DNA from: Amoebidium appalachense
Taxonomy: Eukaryota > Protista > Ichthyosporea
Length of the DNA stretch: 64,000 nucleotides
Direction of reading: 5' to 3'
NCBI GenBank assembly: GCA_963693365.1
Contig: CAVNZM010000003.1
Span: 13,173,252-13,237,251, forward strand
Shown: in pieces, positions 56,923 through 64,000 of the stretch
Position numbering within the stretch: the stretch's first letter is position 1
How the letters are laid out: every line of letters starts with the position of its first letter
Made by a program: the position numbers and the translations under genes
The notes under the pieces: generated by a model
Databases searched by the model: none
What the model saw: only the letters and a program-made list of their open reading frames with translations
Told to the model about the DNA's origin: nothing

Positions 56923-58172
56923 GGCAAAAAAAGAGTCGACAGAACAAGCCTCAAACATAGTGAGGACGGAAACCCGGACCAGAACTTATGAAGTCTAGAG
57001 AAGCAGAAAATAGCTTGAACGACTGGTGGAGGGGATGATAGCTATAGTGCTAACAGCAAAAGTAGTGCCCACAGTCGCTGGTTCATGAACGTGAAAAGGC
57101 AACGTGCATCTGCAGCCAGCAGGCACACGCACACACACACATACACATACACACGCACACAGACACAGACACAGACCAGACAGACAAACGCCACATGCAC
57201 AAAAGCAGGCAACACAAAACTAACCTTCACACGGCCTTTCAGCCGTTAGGCGAAGAAGCTGCAGCATGCAGCATGGTCGAAACCATTCAGCACGGTGGCT
57301 GCGCGACCTGCGGAGGGCAAAAAAAGAGTCGACAGAACCAACCTCAAACTTAGTAAGGACGGAAACCCGGACCAGAACTTATGAAGTCTAGAGAAGCAGA
57401 AAATAGCTTGAACGACTGGGGGAGGGGATGATAGCTATAGTGCTAACAGCAAAAGTAGTGCCCACAGTCGCTGGTTCATGAACGTGAAAAGGCAACGTGC
57501 ATCTGCAGCCAGCAGGCACACGCACACGCACGCACACACATACACACACACGCACACAGACACAGACACAGACACAGACATATTCACAGGCACGGACACA
57601 GACCAGACAGACAAACGCCACATGCACAAAAGCAGGCAACACAAAACTAACCTTCAAACGGCCTTTCAGCCGTTAGGCGAAGAAGCTGCAGCATGCAGCA
57701 TGGTCGAAACCATTCAGCACGGTGGCTGCGCGACCTGCGGAGGGCAAAAAAAGAGTCGACAGAACCAACCTCAAACATAGTAAGGACGGAAACCCGGACC
57801 AGAACTTATGAAGTCTAGAGAAGCAGAAAATACTCTTGAACGACTGGTGGAGGGGATGATAGCTATAGTGCTAACAGCAAAAGTAGTGCCCACAGTCGCT
57901 GGTTCATGAACGTGAAAAGGCAACATGCATCTGCAGCCAGCAGGCACACGCACACGCACGCACACACATACACACACACGCACACAGACACAGACACAGA
58001 CACAGACATATTCACAGGCACGGACACAGACCAGACAGACAAACGCCACATGCACAAAAAAAAAGCAGGCAACACAAAACTAACCTTCAAACGGCCATTC
58101 AGCTGTTAGGCGAAGAAGCTGCAGCATGCAGCATGGTCGAAACCATTCAGCACGGTGGCTGCGCGACCTGCG
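56923..58172. repeat. Three tandem copies of a ~390-430-bp unit with an internal CA/GACACA microsatellite
   Basis: GGCAAAAAAAGAGTCGACAGAAC recurs near 56923, 57316 and 57743. Confidence 0.92.
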
Positions 58173-58942
58173 GATGGGACCTGTGACCAGGCGACCTGCG
58201 GGAAGGGAACTGCGACCAGGCGACCTGCGGGAAGGGACCTGCGACCAGGCGACCTGCAGGAAAGCACCTGCGGACCTGCGGGAAGGGGGAAGAGAAATGG
58301 AGCAAACAACGTGCGTACAGGCTTAAACGGACAAAAAATTGCAAACCGGATTGGGTTTAGCCAATCACTATTTGCTATCAGAAGCGGATTCCCATGGTGT
58401 ACATAATGTGATTGGATCGATTCTCGGCGGATCGGTGAGGTTGGCGATATGGTGGACATATTTCGGACACCGTTGCCATACGTTCCGACGGAGCTTAAGT
58501 TATAACGTTAACGCTGTTTACTCGAGGCCTATCCCCGCTTTACGTAGAAAGGTCATGTGTGGGGGAAGATGTGAACACCCAGACGTGTATGTACACCCGG
58601 GCAGGCCTGTGTACTCGTTGTTATGTTAATAGTTGGTTGATGGAGTACATCTTCAACGCGACGTATACACGCGTGCGTGCGATTCAGGAAGGGGTCCCCA
58701 TATGGCTCTCGTATTATTTATTTTCGTGTGATATATATATTCTATGTACTATCTATTACCAATATACGTTACGTATTGGTACAATATCACCAATACTATT
58801 TAAATATCGTCACGCGTGATGGTGAAGGCATCCATGTAGCTCTGCAGCAGTGTGTGTGAGTGTGGTGCGTGTGTGTGTGGTGTGGAGAGGCGGCCTGGGG
58901 TGGGGGGGGGGGGGGGGGGGGAGGGGGGGGGGAGGGCGCGGT

Positions 58943-58992
<50 letters not shown>

Positions 58993-59349
58993 TAGGCAAA
59001 TACCAGACAGTAATGCATAATTGCACATTCTTTTGCAGCTACAGTTTGATGATATTTACCCACCGTGTGCACCACACATGTGACCCCAGTCTTCCGAGGT
59101 GGTGTCACAGGTGGGCGCCAACACCAATAAATTGACTGGTGACGGGTGTACAACCAAAGAAACTCAGCAGCACATATAATAACGTTGATGCTATACCCTG
59201 CCTAGTTAACGTAATAATAAGTGCACCATCGCACGCGTGACCCCCTCCCCCCCCCCCCCCCCCCCGGGGGGGGGGGGGGGTGTTTTTGCCGCGCGGTACC
59301 CCTGATATTGTAGGTGTACACTGCCCCCACAACCCCAACTGTGTGCTGA

Positions 59350-61600
59350 ATATCTCGTGCTAGGAAACCAATAACGCGAGACTAACACATGCCGCATGAT
59401 ATATGAGATATATGGTACAAGGGGGGTTTCAATCCGGGCTATAATGATGTGTTTTTTTCGTGTGACCCTCGTACTCCAGAGGCACATTCACCATCCCCCC
59501 ATAAACTTTGTGGTAAATTTCTCGTGCTAGAAGCTGTTCTGTGGGTAGTTATTGAAAAAACCAATAATGTCTAGGTAACACATGTACATATACTATGCTA
59601 CAAGGGGGGTTCTATACGAGCTACAACGTTGTGGTTTTTTCGTGTGCCCCTCGTACTCCAGGAGCACATTCACCATCCCCCCCATAAACTTTGTGGTAAA
59701 TTTCTCGTGCTAGAAGCTGTTCTGTGGGTAGTTATTGAAAAAACCAATAATGTGTAAGTAACACATGTTCATATATTATGCTACAAGGGGGGTTCTATTC
59801 GAGCTACAACGTTGTGTTTTTTTCGTGTGACCCTCGTACTCCAGGGGCACATTCACCATCCCCCCAATAAACGTTTTGGTATATTTCTCGTGCTAGAGGC
59901 TGTTCTGTGGGTAGTTATTGAAAACCCCAAAAATGTCTAGGTAACGCATGGACATATACTATGCTACAAGGGGGGTTCTATACGAGCTACAACGTTGTGT
60001 TTTTTTCGTGTGACCCTCGTACTCCAATGGCACATTCACCATCCCCCCCATAAACTGTGTGGTAAATTTCTCGTGCTAGAAGCTGTTCTGTGGGTAGTTA
60101 TCGAAAAAACCAATAATGTCTAGGTAACACATGTACATATACTATGCTACAAGGGGGGTTCTATACGAGCTACAACGTTGTGTTTTTTTCGTGTGACCCT
60201 CGTACTCCAGGGGCACATTCACCATCCCCCCAATAAACGTTTTGGTATATTTCTCGTGCTAGAGGCTGTTCTGTGGGTAGTTATTGAAAAACCCAAAAAT
60301 GTCTAGGTAACACATGGACATATACTATGCTACAAGGGGGGTTCTATACGAGCTACAACGTTGTGTTTTTTTCGTGTGACCCTCGTACTCCAATGGCACA
60401 TTCACCACCCCCGCCATAAACTGTGTGGTAAATGTCTCGTGCTAGAAGCTGTTCTGTGGGTAGTTATCGAAAAAACCAATAATGTCTAGGTAACACACAT
60501 GGCATGTACATATACTATGCTACAAGGGGGGTTCTATACGAGCTACAACGTTGTGTTTTTTTCGTGTGACCCTCGTACTCCAGGGGCACATTCACCATCC
60601 CCCCAATAAACGTTTTGGTACATTTCTCGTGCTAGAGGCTGTTCTGTGGGTAGTTATTGAAAAACCCAAAAATGTCTAGGTAACACATGGACATATACTA
60701 TGCTACAAGGGGGGTTCTATACGAGCTACAACGTTGTGTTTTTTTCGTGTGACCCTCGTACTCCAATGGCACATTCACCATCCCCCCCATAAACTGTGTG
60801 GTAAATTTCTCGTGCTAGAAGCTGTTCTGTGGGTAGTTATCGAAAAAACCAATAATGTCTAGGTAACACATGTACATATACTATGCTACAAGGGGGGTTC
60901 TATACGAGCTACAACGTTGTGTTTTTTTCGTGTGACCCTCGTACTCCAGGGGCACATTCACCATCCCCCCCATAAACTTTGTGGTAAATGTCTCGTGCTA
61001 GGAGCTGTTCTGTGGGTAGTTATTGAAAAAACCAATAATGTGTAAGTAACACATGTACATATATTATGCTACAAGGGGGGTTCTATTCGAGCTACAACGT
61101 TGTGTTTTTTTGGTGTGACCCTCGTACTCCAGGGGCACATTCACTATCCCCCCCATAAACTTTGCGGTAAACGTCTCGTGCTAGAAGCTGTTCTGTGGGT
61201 AGTTATTGAAAAAACCAATAATGTGTAAGTAACACATGTACATATACTATGCTACAAGGGGGGTTCTATTCGAGCTACAACCTTGTGTTTTTTTCGTGTG
61301 GCCCTCGTACTCCAGGGGCACATTCACCATCCCCACCATAAACTTTGTGGTAAATGTCTCGGGCGAGAGGCTGTTCTGTGGGTAGTTATTGAAAAAACCA
61401 AAAATGCCTAGGTTGAACACATGGACATATACTGTGCTACAAGGGGGGTTCTATACGAGCTACAACGTTGTGTTTTTTTCGTGTGACCCTCGTACTCCAA
61501 GGGCACATTCACCATCTCCCCTTATAATTTGTGGTGAATTTACGTGCTAGAAGCTACTCTGTGGGTAGTTAGTGAAAAAACCCGATGCTTATAAGTAACG
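59350..61600. repeat. ~183-bp satellite, ~12 copies
   Basis: TCTCGTGCTAG.AGCTGTTCTGTGGG recurs every ~183 bp (e.g. ~59520, 59703, 59886, 60069, 60252). Confidence 0.95.
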
Positions 61601-61828
61601 CATGCACAAATTGTCATCATAGCATTACACTACCATAGTAGTTGGTCGACAATAACGACATATTGGGAATGTGGACACCATATTGTAAACCAAAAAATAA
61701 TAACACCATAATATACTACACATACCTAACAATGTATTGTGAATGAATAAAATACTTGCTTACGTGCTGGTAACATACGAGAAACAAGGATTCTCTCGCT
61801 CTTTTTTTCTTTCTTTTTTGTTTGTTTT

Positions 61829-61835
<7 letters not shown>

Positions 61836-61920
<85 letters not shown>
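61836..61920. repeat. (TG)n microsatellite
   Basis: Directly visible. Confidence 0.95.
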
Positions 61921-61923
<3 letters not shown>

Positions 61924-62258
61924 AAGGGGGGGGGGGGGGGGGGGGGGGGGGGTCGTTTTGCAGATATATCGACTAGAGTCCCTCATCAGGGGACACATTC
62001 ACAGTACTTTATTAAGATCGGCCTTCAAGGCCAAAAAAGCTCAATCTCGAGTAAGATTAGATAGCATTTTTTGAGGCCGGCCAGGCCTTAAATACAAAAA
62101 GGAGAAAAAACAACACACAGCTAAACATAGATCTAATATTAGCTAAATCAATCGACACACTGGTACATTGCCTGGAGTAAACAGCATCTATCCCACTGGT
62201 ACATGTACTGTCATCATCCAACCAACACCCGTGTAGTACCTTTGTCAAGCGTTCCTAC

Positions 62259-64000
62259 TCTATGAAAACTACTCCGGGACGTGTGTTGCCTCTAGGGGGA
62301 CATCCCCTTGGACGAAAGTGAACCTGCAATGGTTGTAAACCACGGCATGCCCCCAGTCATCAATTTATTGATCCGTGAGGTCTATGTGCCCAAAAAACGG
62401 GGGAAGTCTTCGCCCCCGTGAAAAAACAGCACGTATGTGTGGATCAATGGGGGTTGTGTGTGGGTGTAGGTGGGTGGGTGAAAAGGAATATATAGCTGTA
62501 AGGCTGTGGATGCTAAACACAGAAGATGTGTTTGTAGCTTGCTGATCTGCTAAAAACTGTCGAGCTTATATACCTAAGCCTACCGATCTGAGCCAATCAA
62601 AAATCGATCTAGTGATATGTGAAATCTGATCCGAGCCAGTCATAACTCGGTCTAGTGATCTGTGGTATCTGATGTTTTGATTGGCTAATAGGTGCCCGTG
62701 TGCGGGCAGCCAACCGCTAACTGCTAAAACACGAAATGAAGCCTACATGGTTATGTTGGTATCGAACACCCATCCTACGTGTTTACCCAGAAAAATATTT
62801 ATGTCAATAATTTCCACAAATAAAACCTCTATGAAAACTACTCCGGGACGTGTGTTGCCTCTAGGGGGACATCCCCTTGGACGAAAGTGAACCTGCAATG
62901 GTTGTAAACCACGGCACGAGAGCAGTATGCTTGCTCCAAAGGTTTCACTTAAGAATAGAGGCGAATACACGTGTGGTGGTGGCAGCAATGGAGGCCGGAC
63001 GAAGTCGGGTATAGATCAGGAAGCAGTCGGAGGACCACCTGCCGAGTTGTTTGATCCGGGAGTCGTCGACCCCGGCCTCAGCCAGTGCTGTGGCCCCCCC
63101 CGATGCGGAGGCTGTGTCCGGCAAACCGGGAGGGTGAGAGGCCTGCCCGGGAGAGGAGGGCACGGAAATCGGCAGAGAAAGCACTCTTGGTGTAGGGGAT
63201 GCCACCGAGACTGAAGAGGGGGTCGTCGGGTTGACCGGACGTGGTATCCAGGAACTGCCGGAGGAGATGGGCTGGGGAGAAGTGGGTGAGGGGCAGGGCA
63301 GCTAGGGTGACGTTGACACCTCGGGCCTGTACATCCGTTTTAGAGGTTGGCAGGTGGAGGGTGGCATGGGACAAAGTACCGGTGGGGGTGTAGCTGAAGG
63401 TTACGTCCTTCCGTTTAACGTGACGGGACGGGTCGAAAGAAGTCAGGGTCTTGGAGGTAAATTCCCCTGAACGGAGGAGACCACAGAAACCGACGATGAG
63501 GGCCGTCCATAGCCGGAGATTGGCCGAGGAGGCCTTGGTGGGGCACTGGCCATGGAGTAGGCGGAGGTGGGAGGGGAGGAGGGGTTCCCTGGTGGATGAG
63601 CGGGGTCGGATGTTGTGAGAAAGCTGCCATCGGCCCACCCCCCGTAGGAACCAGGCCAGAGACTTGTCGTGGGGGTAGGGAGCAGGGAGGCCCATGTCGA
63701 GGTGGAGCCTGGTGATGGCCGAATTGTAGCCGGTTAAGGAAGAGGCCTGTACCCCTCGTTGGGCACACCAGGCGAGAAAAAGTTGCACGGTGTGTGGGGA
63801 GGCCGGGAGGGAGGACCCGGAGGAGGATTGCAGCCGAGATGCCACACAGAAATCGATGAACACTTTTTGCACCCGGGAGTAAAAGGCCCGAGAGTCGAGG
63901 TTGAGACTCAGGGCCTGGCATTCCTGCAGGGTAGTGGTGGCTCGAAGCAGCTCGGCCGGAGCAAAGTGGGGGGCCAATCTGCCAGGGTTGCTCCGGAACG
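62259..64000 (-). mobile_element. Ngaro copy 4, 3' part (B2-spacer-A2-B1 and YR), cut by the window edge
   Basis: Near-identical to 5645-7385. The YR (63977-62945) has a 1-bp frameshift in a C run near 63095. Confidence 0.92.

Noticed and set aside
59350-61600. CRISPR-like regular spacing
   Set aside because: Whole units repeat with no unique spacers; eukaryotic context and no cas genes.

Overview
Eukaryotic, intron-containing, repeat-saturated (heterochromatin-like) DNA made almost entirely of nested transposable elements; I see no clearly host housekeeping gene. Main contents: (1) a ~24.6-kb candidate DNA transposon (17021-41629) with CATCAGCAAT terminal inverted repeats and a CT duplication. 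It carries a 9-exon Plavaka/CMC-type transposase whose predicted exons all splice in frame, plus cargo genes, one containing a KDM4/JMJD2-like JmjC demethylase domain with its metal ligands retained. (2) The right end of a related element (to 3724) with a CXC-domain gene, abutting a Copia remnant. (3) Four copies of an Ngaro/PAT-type tyrosine-recombinase retrotransposon with split direct repeats, one lacking RT/RNase H. (4) A 659-bp TRIM whose two LTRs each contain a tRNA-like gene. (5) A pogo-like TIR element and an Ngaro copy nested in an old Gypsy integrase. (6) A near-complete chromodomain Gypsy element. (7) Several tandem arrays, including a ~183-bp satellite with an alternating higher-order pattern. 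All calls were made by eye without database searches. Homopolymer frameshifts may be sequencing artefacts.
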